Assembly (NCBI GenBank): GCA_013314715.1
Contig: JABUFC010000002.1
Location: 24,484-88,483 of the forward strand
DNA from: Bacteroidales bacterium
GTDB taxonomy: Bacteria > Bacteroidota > Bacteroidia > Bacteroidales > GWA2-32-17
Direction of reading: 5' to 3'
DNA: 64,000 nucleotides
Of this stretch, positions 9,653 through 19,038 are shown in pieces. The first letter of the stretch is position 1, and each line of letters opens with the position of its first letter. The notes under the pieces were generated by a model. It saw only the letters and a list, made by a program, of their open reading frames with translations. It searched no databases and was not told where the DNA came from. The translations under genes were made by a program, and so were the position numbers.

Positions 9653-10372
9653 TTAAAATAAAAATCTTGAAACAGCAGCTACATATACGGCTGCTGTTTC
9701 GCTTCTTAATATACTGTTCCCTAGTTGTATGGGCACAAATCCATGCGTTAAGGCAAATTCAGCTTCTTGTTCAGTAAAGTCGCCTTCGGGTCCAATAACA
9801 ACTGTTAACTCATTTTTATTGATGGTTTGCATCCATTGACTTAATACAATGCGATTGCCTTCGCACATCGCTATGGCTTTATTGATTGAACCGCAGTTTT
9901 GAATAAAATGTGTAAACGTTTCTGCTTCGTTTATTTTAGGTAAATAGGCCTGACGGCTTTGCTTTAAAGCCGATATAGCTATCTTCTTAATACGTTCGGT
10001 GTTTATATGTTTTTTTTCAGTTCGAGTACATAAAATGGGAGTAATTTCGGCAATTCCCAATTCAACAGCTTTCTCTACAAACCACTCAAAACGGTCAGCA
10101 TGTTGCAAAATAGATAAAGCTATATGAAGACGATTTTCGTTTGGCGGGACAATTTCCATCTCCTCAATTTGTAAAACAGTGTGTTTTATGTGGTTATCTA
10201 CAATTTGAGCTTGCGCTAAGGTTCCTTGCCCATTGGTAAGTAAAACATAATCACCTATTTTCAAGCGTAAAGCTTTTATGGCATGTTTCGATTCTTCTTC
10301 GGATAACTGAATAGTAGTCAATTCCAACTCAGGTATATAAAAACATGAAAGATTTGAGCGAAATTTTTTCAT
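9653..10372 (-). CDS. rsmE: 16S rRNA (uracil1498-N3)-methyltransferase
   Basis: 239 aa. A PUA-like N-terminal part is followed by a SPOUT C-terminal part with IGPEGDFT and LGNSILRSETAA motifs. Confidence 0.8.
   Translation of the reverse strand: MKKFRSNLSCFYIPELELTTIQLSEEESKHAIKALRLKIGDYVLLTNGQGTLAQAQIVDNHIKHTVLQIEEMEIVPPNENRLHIALSILQHADRFEWFVEKAVELGIAEITPILCTRTEKKHINTERIKKIAISALKQSRQAYLPKINEAETFTHFIQNCGSINKAIAMCEGNRIVLSQWMQTINKNELTVVIGPEGDFTEQEAEFALTHGFVPIQLGNSILRSETAAVYVAAVSRFLF
9669..9700 (-). terminator. 11-bp-stem hairpin overlapping the last codons of rsmE
   Basis: GAAACAGCAGC…GCTGCTGTTTC. On the minus strand it is followed by the T-rich CAAGATTTTTATTTTAA, which includes the rsmE stop. 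It lies between convergent genes, so it could serve both. Confidence 0.35.
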
Positions 10373-10501
10373 GTGTAATTATTTTTTAATTTTTAAATTA
10401 AGGTCACATGGAATACGCCATTCGAATAAAGAGCAAGGCTTATTTGTGAGTGATAATTTCATTTTCGGTTGCTGTGAATTTATTCTCATGGCTATTTCAT
10501 A
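10364..10501 (-). repeat. ~135-bp direct repeat, copy 1, spanning the rsmE start codon and 5' region
   Basis: It aligns with 13383-13518 in the same orientation at roughly 80% identity by eye, with long identical blocks (TTTTTTCATGTGTAATTATTTTTTAA; ACATGGAATACGCCATTCGAA; TTCTCATGGCTATTTCATA). Confidence 0.85.
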
Positions 10502-10502
10502 T

Positions 10503-11936
10503 TTATATTTGAATTTCTTTTAATGAGAATCCCATTTTAGTTAAATTTTCCGGACTTAATAATTCGTTTAACTTTGTTTCATCTATAAGTTTAAGCTTAC
10601 GATTGGCTTCTATAATGTTAAGTCTATTTGTCTTCATAAATAAAGCTAAATCAGTTGCTTTGTGATAGCCTATATATGGTATTAATGCCGTTGAAATACT
10701 TGGACTCAAAAGTAGTTGCTCTAATGAACGTTCACTATCGATAGTTAAATTTATAAGGCAACGTTGAGATAATGCAATATTGGCACTAATCAATAACTTT
10801 AAGCTGTTAATTAATGAATATCCAATAATGGGTGTATAAGCATTCAAATCTAAGCAACCCTGTCCGCATAAATTACTGATGAGCATATCGTTGCTGTATA
10901 TTTGATGCGCAATGCTAATAATGTATTCGTTAATAACAGGATTAACTTTTCCGGGCATAATGGAGCTTCCTGCTTGAACCTCCGGTAAGTGAACAATTCT
11001 AATTCCGGCGTCGGCAGATAATAAACGCAAGTCGTTGGCAATTTTTTCAAGATTTACAGCATGTGCCTTCAGTATAGCATGTATTTCTACAAAAGAATCG
11101 AGGTTTTGAGTAGTATCGGTCAAATTTTCACCTCTGGCAATAGGTAAATTGGTCATGCGTTTTAATTCATTAACCACTTCCATCATATAAAAACGTGGAA
11201 TAGCTAAACCGGTTCCTATAGCACCGCCTCCTAAATTAACCACTTTTATGCGTTCGAAGCACTTTGATGTTCGCCACCAATCACGCGAAAGTGCATCGTT
11301 GTATGCCGAAAAAAGCTTACCAAAAGTAGTAGGAACTGCCTCTTGCATTTGTGTATAGCCTAATCGTAAAACATTACGGTACTTATTTTCTAAGCTTTCT
11401 AACAGTGAGCGCGTTTGATTAATAGCATCCTCCAACTCTTCTAACAACTTGAGTAAAGCCACTTTTAGGGCAGTGACTACGGTATCGTTAGTCGATTGGT
11501 ATATATTGGCATGTTCAATAGGGTCAATTATTTCGTATTGTCCGGGTTGATGATTCAGATGAATTAAAGCCGCATTTGCAATAATTTCGTTAACATTCAT
11601 ATTGATACTGGTACCAGCTCCTCCTTGTATTGCCGGAACAATAAAATGCTCAAAGTAATGTCCTTGCTCTATTTTAGCAGCAGCAGCTTGCAAGGCGTTT
11701 AATATTTCGTCGCTGAAAAAAGGAATACGTTGATGAAGATTTTGCTTTTGAGCCTCGTTTTTAAAATGCTCATAGGTATAGTAACATGCGAGTTTAACCG
11801 TTCCCATAGCCTTGTACCATTCGATAGGAAATGGAATGGTGTTAGGGAAATTTTGATTAGCTCTAAGCGAATGAATGCCATACAAAGCATTATCGTCAAT
11901 TTCGATAGCTCCTAAAAAGTCTTTTTCTTTTCTCAT
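10503..11936 (-). CDS. aspA: Aspartate ammonia-lyase (fumarase/aspartase class II family)
   Basis: 477 aa with the signature GSSIMPGKVNP. The N-terminus MRKEKDFLGAIEIDDNALYGIHSLRANQNF is more aspartase-like than fumarase-like. Confidence 0.75.
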   Translation of the reverse strand: MRKEKDFLGAIEIDDNALYGIHSLRANQNFPNTIPFPIEWYKAMGTVKLACYYTYEHFKNEAQKQNLHQRIPFFSDEILNALQAAAAKIEQGHYFEHFIVPAIQGGAGTSINMNVNEIIANAALIHLNHQPGQYEIIDPIEHANIYQSTNDTVVTALKVALLKLLEELEDAINQTRSLLESLENKYRNVLRLGYTQMQEAVPTTFGKLFSAYNDALSRDWWRTSKCFERIKVVNLGGGAIGTGLAIPRFYMMEVVNELKRMTNLPIARGENLTDTTQNLDSFVEIHAILKAHAVNLEKIANDLRLLSADAGIRIVHLPEVQAGSSIMPGKVNPVINEYIISIAHQIYSNDMLISNLCGQGCLDLNAYTPIIGYSLINSLKLLISANIALSQRCLINLTIDSERSLEQLLLSPSISTALIPYIGYHKATDLALFMKTNRLNIIEANRKLKLIDETKLNELLSPENLTKMGFSLKEIQI

Positions 11937-12032
11937 ATAAAATTAGTGTGTTGAATACAAAACTACAAGATTTTTATGAAAAATATCGTTAATATCAATA
12001 GTTTATTTATTTTTGAATTCAATTTTTTACAA

Positions 12033-12695
12033 ATGAAAGGTTTTGTAATATTTTTAATAATCATATTATCTTGCTATTTGCTTAATGCCCAATCATTATA
12101 TTTTGAATTAAATGGTGGTTGGTCGGGTAATTTACCTTCAAAATTAAAGATAAAGCAACAAGGCTTTTCCGATATAAATTTTATAGCTCATTACGATGCC
12201 GAACCTTTTATTTCTCCTGTTTACTGGTTATGGCGTTTTTATTATATACCCGATAGCCTTAATGGTTGGATGTTTGAAGCGGTTCATCATAAATTATATT
12301 TAAAAAACACACCACCTGAAATTCAATATTTTGGTATTTCTCACGGATTAAATATGTTGATAATTAACAGAATTTATTATCCTCATCCCCAATGGCACGT
12401 AAATATTGGCATTGGTACGGTTCTAGCTCACCCAGAAAATAAAATACGAAATTATGCACTTAAAGGCGATGGAAATGGTATATGGGGTATGGGCTATTAT
12501 TTATGTGGAATATCTAGCAATATATCTACAGGCATTCGCTTTTTTAAGAATAAAAAATTTCAAATCAATATCGAAGCTCGATTCAATGCCAGCTATTCAA
12601 TTGTACCAATTGTCAATGGTAAAGCCTATGTTCTTAACTTTTCACCTCAAATAATTGCTGGTTTAGGTTATAGGCTTTGGCAAAAACAAAAATAA
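12033..12695 (+). CDS. Hypothetical small outer-membrane protein
   Basis: The internal ATG at 12033 gives the signal peptide MKGFVIFLIIILSCYLLNAQ. Sequence is beta-strand-like and aromatic-rich. I recognise no family. Confidence 0.4.
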   Translation: MKGFVIFLIIILSCYLLNAQSLYFELNGGWSGNLPSKLKIKQQGFSDINFIAHYDAEPFISPVYWLWRFYYIPDSLNGWMFEAVHHKLYLKNTPPEIQYFGISHGLNMLIINRIYYPHPQWHVNIGIGTVLAHPENKIRNYALKGDGNGIWGMGYYLCGISSNISTGIRFFKNKKFQINIEARFNASYSIVPIVNGKAYVLNFSPQIIAGLGYRLWQKQK

Positions 12696-12704
12696 TGAAC
12701 AATT

Positions 12705-13391
12705 TTAATTTAATATTTGAATACCTGTCAAAGTTTTAGGTTTATATTTAATTGTAATTAAACCTCCAGCACTTGTTGCTTGAGAAATGGGTGGACTATA
12801 TAATCGTTCCATCGCTAAAACGCCATAAGGTCCTACTCCTAATTGCGACATTTGATTTACTGGAAAAATAATACTTGTACTATTTAGCATATTAGTTGAA
12901 AACAAACGCGAATCGCCTTCTACATTACTATTTAACCATACCGTAATGGTTTCGTTTGCTTTAAGCGGTGAGCCTGTCCATACCAGTTCAAAGGGGACAG
13001 ATTTGTAAATAGTGTCTAAACCTAAAGGAAAACCAACAGTATCAGTAATGGTCAGTGTATTTTGGAAAGTATGATTGTCTAAATCGGTATATTTAAATGT
13101 ACCTGTTGTAACAAACGATGGGTATTGCTTTTCGTAGTATCCAAATGTTGGATTATAGGTTAATAAATCATTATTAAACATCACTTTTGCTGGGTCTTTT
13201 AATTCGAGTACTGTACCTGTAATACTACTAAACTTAAAAATAGCTCGTGCATAAGTTATTTTTGTGTTATTATCATATATCAATTGGTATTCAGCCCAAA
13301 TTTTATCCTGATTAACATTATCTGATGTCTCTTTTTTACAAGATAAAAATAGCATAACAATAATAAATAAAAAAAAGTTAACTTTTTTCAT
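12705..13391 (-). CDS. Hypothetical lipoprotein
   Basis: 228 aa with a lipobox-like signal (…VMLFLSCKK). Its ATG-AAA-AAA start lies inside repeat copy 2. Confidence 0.5.
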   Translation of the reverse strand: MKKVNFFLFIIVMLFLSCKKETSDNVNQDKIWAEYQLIYDNNTKITYARAIFKFSSITGTVLELKDPAKVMFNNDLLTYNPTFGYYEKQYPSFVTTGTFKYTDLDNHTFQNTLTITDTVGFPLGLDTIYKSVPFELVWTGSPLKANETITVWLNSNVEGDSRLFSTNMLNSTSIIFPVNQMSQLGVGPYGVLAMERLYSPPISQATSAGGLITIKYKPKTLTGIQILN

Positions 13392-13518
13392 GTGTAATTA
13401 TTTTTTAAATTATATACTAAGGTTACATGGAATACGCCATTCGAACAAATAGTGATGTTTGTTTGTGTGTAAATTTCATTTTCGGTTTGTGTGAATTTGT
13501 TCTCATGGCTATTTCATA
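13383..13518 (-). repeat. ~135-bp direct repeat, copy 2, spanning the lipoprotein start codon and 5' region
   Basis: See copy 1. Same orientation, about 100 bp from the 3' end of tRNA-Leu. Confidence 0.85.
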
Positions 13519-13619
13519 ATAGCTTAATTTAAAAGACAATCAAAATTAAAAAAATAATTTTAAAATATCAAAATTTCTTAAAATATATTTAAATAGGAAA
13601 AGAGTTGAGCTCTATAATG

Positions 13620-13703
13620 TGCCCGGAACAGGACTCGAACCTGCACACTCTTGCGAATACTAGTCCCTGAAACTAGCGCGTCTACCAATTCCGCCATCCG
13701 GGC
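13620..13703 (-). tRNA. tRNA-Leu (anticodon CAG), long variable arm
   Basis: The reverse complement reads GCCCGGA TG GCGG…CTAGT TTCAGGG ACTAG (variable arm) GCAGG TTCGAGT CCTGT TCCGGGC A. The acceptor stem pairs 7/7, the anticodon loop is TT-CAG-GG, and no CCA is encoded. Confidence 0.9.
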
Positions 13704-13713
13704 AAAGAGTTTG

Positions 13714-13721
13714 CAAAATTA
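13714..13721 (-). promoter_or_regulatory. -7 promoter box (TAATTTTG) for tRNA-Leu
   Basis: It matches TAnnTTTG on the minus strand, 10 nt upstream of the tRNA 5' end. It overlaps the stop codon of the DPP4 gene. Confidence 0.45.
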
Positions 13722-15872
13722 TAAATTTTCAAGAATAAATTTAGTCATTTTTGAAAATAAATGGTAACGTGTGTTTTTACCTGTATAAATGCCGTGGTTA
13801 CTATTGGGATAATACATGGTTTGAAAATCTTTATTGTTTTCAACAAGCTTTTTAATAAGTTCGACGCTATTTTGAAAATGAACATTATCGTCAGCTGTTC
13901 CGTGAATTAGCAAATACTTACCTTTTATTTTTTTTGTATGGTTTATAGGTGAATTATCATCATATCCTGTTGCATTATCTTGAGGTAAACCATTATAGCG
14001 TTCGGTATAAATAGAATCGTAATATCGCCAATTTGTAACAGGAGCAACAGCAATCGCTAATTTAAATTGCTGCGAACCTTTTTCAAGACAAAGTGTAGAT
14101 AAATATCCACCAAAACTCCAGCCCCAAATACCGATACGTGTAGAATCAATATATGATAATTTTGACAATGCTTTAGCTGCTTCAATTTGGTCAATGGCTT
14201 CGTATTTACCAAGATTTTTATAAGTGCATTTTCTGAATTCCGCTCCTCGAGCACCGGTTCCTCTATTGTCAACTGCCACCACAATTACACCTTGCGACGC
14301 TAAATGCTGATACCATAGTGCATTATAATCCCATTTATCTAATACTTCTTGCGAACCAGGACCACCATAAATACAAAACATAACCGGATACTTTTTATTT
14401 GCTTCCATTTTTTGAGGTTTTAGTATCCAAGCATTCAATTCTATTCCTTCAGAAGTTTTTAGTACAATAAATTCTTTTTTCGATAGATTAGCTAATTGAA
14501 GTTTCGATTTTAACGCTCCGTTATCTTCTAAAACACGTATAGTTTTACCTGTATTATCACAAAGTGTATAAATCGAAGGTGTTTCAGTATTAGAAAATTC
14601 ATTTATAAAGTAGGTAAATGTGCTATTAAAAATGGCTTCGTTTGTACCATCATTTAATGTCAGACGTTTCTTTTCACCGGTTTTAATATTTATGGAGTAA
14701 ACATTTCGTTGCATAGGAGAAGTTTCGGCAGAAGTATAATAAACAATTTGCTTAACATCATCATAACCATTTAATTGAGTAACGTCCCATTTTCCGCTAG
14801 TAACTTGTTTTAGAAGCTTCCCATTTATGTCATACTGATAAATATGGTTAAAACCATCTTTATCGCTTGTAATAAAAAACGATTTCCCATCTTTAGCAAA
14901 TATTATTTCCGGTAATTCTATATAAGTATTATTTTGCTCTGTGTAAATACATTGACTTTGACCATTTTCAGCATTTATTAGAAATAATTTCATCGTGTTT
15001 TGTAAACGATTTAATTTTAAAGCCATTAAAGTATTAGGGATTTTTGTCCAATATATACGAGGTATATAAAAATCGCTATCGTTTTCGAGTTGAACCACAA
15101 TATTTTTTTGATTTTTAACTTGGTATATATGTAAAGATATAAGACTATTTTTTTCACCAGCCTTTGGATATTTATATTTATACTCTTCAGGGTAAAGACC
15201 TTTATACATTGGTATAGAAAATTCTTTTACCTGTGACTCATCGAATTTGAGATAAGCAATATAATTATCATCAGGCGACCATTCAAAGGCTTTTGAAAAA
15301 CTAAATTCTTCTTCATATACCCAATCGGGAATACCATTAATTATTTTATTTTTTTGGCCATCAATGGTAATTGCTGTTTCCGAATTTATTTGAAGATCTT
15401 TTATATATAAATTGTTTTTAAAAACATAGGCTACCTTTTGTCCACTCGGCGAAAGAGTTGCCTCTTGAACTTTGTTTTCATTAATAAGTTTAAGCTCTTT
15501 ATTTTGAATATTATAAATATAATATTTATTGATAGATGAATGACGATAAATACGTTCCTTCTCTGAAGCAATCAATATACTTTTTTCATCATCTGAAAAA
15601 TCATATGATTCAATTTTTGATGGTTTAATAGCAGAACTAATATTATTAAGCGAAAATAAAGTTTTAATAGTTTTTCCGGTTTTAAAACTATATTGCACAA
15701 TAGATTCGCCATTTTCATTAATCGTATAACTTTCGCCATTACTCATAGATCTAATGTCATCTAATGATGCTGGATAATACTTATAGGTTACCCATACATC
15801 TTCGAGCGATACATTTTGTGCAATAATAAAAGATGAAACAAAGAATAATAAAATAGTTGCTAATGATTTCAT
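13719..15872 (-). CDS. Dipeptidyl-peptidase IV (S9B prolyl oligopeptidase family)
   Basis: Start taken at the ATG that gives the signal peptide MKSLATILLFFVSSFIIAQ; the ORF is open to 15923. An N-terminal propeller region is followed by the catalytic triad context GWSFGGY (Ser), GTADDNVH (Asp) and NHGI (His). Confidence 0.85.
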   Translation of the reverse strand: MKSLATILLFFVSSFIIAQNVSLEDVWVTYKYYPASLDDIRSMSNGESYTINENGESIVQYSFKTGKTIKTLFSLNNISSAIKPSKIESYDFSDDEKSILIASEKERIYRHSSINKYYIYNIQNKELKLINENKVQEATLSPSGQKVAYVFKNNLYIKDLQINSETAITIDGQKNKIINGIPDWVYEEEFSFSKAFEWSPDDNYIAYLKFDESQVKEFSIPMYKGLYPEEYKYKYPKAGEKNSLISLHIYQVKNQKNIVVQLENDSDFYIPRIYWTKIPNTLMALKLNRLQNTMKLFLINAENGQSQCIYTEQNNTYIELPEIIFAKDGKSFFITSDKDGFNHIYQYDINGKLLKQVTSGKWDVTQLNGYDDVKQIVYYTSAETSPMQRNVYSINIKTGEKKRLTLNDGTNEAIFNSTFTYFINEFSNTETPSIYTLCDNTGKTIRVLEDNGALKSKLQLANLSKKEFIVLKTSEGIELNAWILKPQKMEANKKYPVMFCIYGGPGSQEVLDKWDYNALWYQHLASQGVIVVAVDNRGTGARGAEFRKCTYKNLGKYEAIDQIEAAKALSKLSYIDSTRIGIWGWSFGGYLSTLCLEKGSQQFKLAIAVAPVTNWRYYDSIYTERYNGLPQDNATGYDDNSPINHTKKIKGKYLLIHGTADDNVHFQNSVELIKKLVENNKDFQTMYYPNSNHGIYTGKNTRYHLFSKMTKFILENL

Positions 15873-15955
15873 ACAATTTTTTTTCGTAAAGATTGAAATT
15901 ATTTTGCGTATTTGCAACCTCAATCAGCTACAATTAAAAAATAAATTGACATTTT

Positions 15956-17467
15956 TTAGAATGGGGCACTTGCATTAAAATCAAAATCTCTATTGGGTTC
16001 TATGTCCTCCGTATTGTTTTTTTGATTCATTTTTGATTCAACAGTAATGCTTCCCTTAATAACAGTATCTTCTTCAAATTGGTCGTAATCAGTAAACTTA
16101 GCATAACTTTCAATAAATCGTAGATTTACATCTGTAACAGCACCATTACGATGCTTTGCAATAATAATTTGTGCTAAACCTTTGGTAGACAAACCATCTT
16201 CTTCGTCTAAACCGTATTTTTCAGGTCGATGTATAAAAATTACAAGGTCTGCATCTTGTTCAATAGCACCCGATTCACGTAAATCGCTTAATTGCGGGCG
16301 TTTACTTCCGCTACGAGTTTCAACCGAACGATTAAGCTGCGATAAAGCAATAATAGGAACATCTAAATCTTTGGCTAAAGCTTTTAGCGATCGTGAAATA
16401 GCCGATACTTCTTGTTCGCGAGTCCCTTGCGATTTATCATTTACATGCCCCGTCATTAATTGTAAGTAGTCAATAATAATTATTTTAACTCCATGTTGAG
16501 CAACTAAGCGACGTGCCTTAGCTCTTAGAGCCGAAATAGAAATAGCAGGCGTATCGTCTATAAATATTTTTGCATTTTCAAGATTTTTAATTTTTGTTTC
16601 AAGACGTAACCATTCATTTTGAGTAAGTTCGCCTGTGCGTATTTTTGAAGCATCTATTTCTGTTTCAGCTGATATAAGACGATTCACAAGTTGAACCGAC
16701 GACATTTCTAAGCTAAATACTGCGACGGGTGCATTGTGTTCAACAGCCATATTCCGAGTCATAGACAGCACAAAAGCAGTTTTACCCATACTAGGGCGTG
16801 CAGCAATTATTATAAGGTCTGACTTTTGCCAACCCGAAGTAATGCGGTCTAAAGCAACAAACCCAGAAGGTACACCACTCATTTTATCTTCGCGTTTTGC
16901 GGCTTCTTTTATTTGATCAATAGCCTGATGAATAATACTGTCAATAGGTTGTGCTTCGCGACGAACACTCCCGTACGAAAGATTAAAAAGAGCATTTTGG
17001 CTTTCATCTAACAAGTCGTCAACATCTTCTTCGTCATTATATGATTTACGTTGAATCTCATTCGAAATTCTTATAAGTTCACGCTGTATGTATTTTTGCA
17101 TAATAATGCGTGCATGAAACTCAACGTGTGCAGACGAAGCTACTCGCTGTGTGAGTTTTGCTAAATATGCAGGACCACCTATTTCTTTTAGCTCCTTACG
17201 ACGCGATAACTCATCTTTTACAGTAAGCATATCAACGGGTTGCATATCCTTATACAACTCCAAAATAGCTTCGTATATTTTTCGATGAATATCGCTATAA
17301 AAACATTCAGGTTTTAATATATCAATAACAATATTACAAGCATCTTTATCTATCATCATCGCACCCAAAACGGCTTCTTCAAGGTCTAAAGCTTGTGGTG
17401 GAATTTTTCCGGTATTATCGTTTAAAATTTGTTCTGTGCTTTTATTGGAATTCAATTTCTTAGCCAT
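15956..17467 (-). CDS. dnaB: Replicative DNA helicase
   Basis: Walker A ARPSMGKTAF, Walker B IIIIDYLQLM and the N-terminal PPQALDLEEAVLGAMM motif. Start chosen at the ATG at 17467, downstream of a -7 box; the ORF is open to 17536. Confidence 0.9.
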   Translation of the reverse strand: MAKKLNSNKSTEQILNDNTGKIPPQALDLEEAVLGAMMIDKDACNIVIDILKPECFYSDIHRKIYEAILELYKDMQPVDMLTVKDELSRRKELKEIGGPAYLAKLTQRVASSAHVEFHARIIMQKYIQRELIRISNEIQRKSYNDEEDVDDLLDESQNALFNLSYGSVRREAQPIDSIIHQAIDQIKEAAKREDKMSGVPSGFVALDRITSGWQKSDLIIIAARPSMGKTAFVLSMTRNMAVEHNAPVAVFSLEMSSVQLVNRLISAETEIDASKIRTGELTQNEWLRLETKIKNLENAKIFIDDTPAISISALRAKARRLVAQHGVKIIIIDYLQLMTGHVNDKSQGTREQEVSAISRSLKALAKDLDVPIIALSQLNRSVETRSGSKRPQLSDLRESGAIEQDADLVIFIHRPEKYGLDEEDGLSTKGLAQIIIAKHRNGAVTDVNLRFIESYAKFTDYDQFEEDTVIKGSITVESKMNQKNNTEDIEPNRDFDFNASAPF

Positions 17468-17482
17468 AAACTTTGATTTTTC

Positions 17483-17490
17483 CAAATGTA
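17483..17490 (-). promoter_or_regulatory. -7 promoter box (TACATTTG) for dnaB
   Basis: It matches TAnnTTTG on the minus strand, 15 nt upstream of the ATG at 17467. Confidence 0.4.
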
Positions 17491-17597
17491 ATGTACCCAT
17501 TTTTATCTGACAATTTTTTTTGAAAAATCTTTTCAACTTCGTATCTTTGATAACGTGTTAATAAAATCTTAGATAAAAATTTTGATTTGTAAAAAAT

Positions 17598-18860
17598 ATG
17601 AAAATGTTTTATTTAATACCAATATTTATATTTCTGATATTCATACAATTATCATGCGAAAGAAAAAAAATAAATGAGCCCCCATCGCTGAATATATATT
17701 TGCCCATCGAAAACAGTACTTTTAAAGCAATTGATACCTTTGAAGTAAAAGCTACAGCTACCGACGATAATGCAAAAAATATAAGATTTAGCCTTTATAT
17801 TGCCGATAATAATTTACAAGCTGTAAATACCCCTTTAGTTTATAATTTTTCAGGCAATTTTGCAACGCTACAAATTAATTATATCTTAAATGAACGTTGG
17901 CTCAACTCCGGAAGCTATTACTTGGTTGTAACAGCAAGCGACGACGAATTAATTACTCGCCAATATGCTCGTATTCAAATTTCAAGTATTCCTAAAAAAT
18001 TAATTGGCTATGTCGTTGGTGTTAAATCCAATTCTGGATGCGATATATATATAGGAGATACAAATTTTGTTTTTACAAAACAATTTTCAACTTCGAATAG
18101 TATTACTGGCAATTTTAATTCATATTCTAAATTAATTAATATTGTAACAACAGACGGAAAGCTGAAAGCATATCAATACCCTTATTTCAACGAAGTTTTT
18201 AGTATAGTTGCTCTTAATAAAATTGGTAGCCCATTCAAAGCCGATATTTATGATAAATATCCATATACTTATGTTACCAATGCAAATGGAAGTATTATTT
18301 CAGTTGACCATAATGGGCAAATACGCAATATATACAGAACTTTATTTAGCCCATATCGTTTAATTCTATGGGAAGAAATATGGGTTTGTTTAACTGAATT
18401 TTATCCACAACAATATAGCTGGATTGAAGTACCTCAAATGACTAAAAATTATCAAAACAATTATCCTATTAATGATATTATTCCTTTTGATAATGAACGA
18501 TGTTTAGCTATTCAACAAGATGGTAATCAAGTAATTTTTTATACATATAAGCCAGAAATAAATTATTTTAATTCTTTCGGACATCCTCAGAGTGGGCAAT
18601 ACAACGGAGGAATAAATATAAACCAAGATGTATATGTATCAATCGATACTAAAATTTTCCAAATAGACCCTATTTATGGAAATTTATCGAATATATACAA
18701 TGGCGAACCACTTTCAATGTTAAAATGGGAAGAAAATGAGCATAATTTATATGCTGTAAATAATAACAGATTTATTATGCTAAAATGGCAACCACTTCAA
18801 CTAATTTATAGCAAAGATTTTGACGATAAAATAATTTTTTACGATTTTATTTACGAATGA
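17598..18860 (+). CDS. Hypothetical lipoprotein
   Basis: 420 aa with a lipobox-like signal (…FIQLSCERKK). An Ig-like N-terminal segment is followed by repeated beta-rich segments. I recognise no family. Confidence 0.45.
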   Translation: MKMFYLIPIFIFLIFIQLSCERKKINEPPSLNIYLPIENSTFKAIDTFEVKATATDDNAKNIRFSLYIADNNLQAVNTPLVYNFSGNFATLQINYILNERWLNSGSYYLVVTASDDELITRQYARIQISSIPKKLIGYVVGVKSNSGCDIYIGDTNFVFTKQFSTSNSITGNFNSYSKLINIVTTDGKLKAYQYPYFNEVFSIVALNKIGSPFKADIYDKYPYTYVTNANGSIISVDHNGQIRNIYRTLFSPYRLILWEEIWVCLTEFYPQQYSWIEVPQMTKNYQNNYPINDIIPFDNERCLAIQQDGNQVIFYTYKPEINYFNSFGHPQSGQYNGGININQDVYVSIDTKIFQIDPIYGNLSNIYNGEPLSMLKWEENEHNLYAVNNNRFIMLKWQPLQLIYSKDFDDKIIFYDFIYE

Positions 18861-19038
18861 TAGCTTTAAGTAGTTAAAAACAAAAATAAAAATCACTTAC
18901 AAAATCATAAATTAAACTAAAAATTTAAACTATTTTTGTATTATGGTTATTTACAATAAAAACTATAAATATCCTAAATAATTATTTATTTTGTCATTTT
19001 ATATAGAACCTTATGTCAAAACTTAAAATTAAATAAAG

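Noticed and set aside
10400-10490. 36-codon ORF (MRINSQQPKMKLSLTNKPCSLFEWRIPCDLNLKIKK) on the minus strand inside the 135-bp repeat, considered as a possible leader peptide.
   Set aside because: The second repeat copy has indels that shift the frame and give a different, shorter peptide. Conservation is at the nucleotide level, not the protein level.
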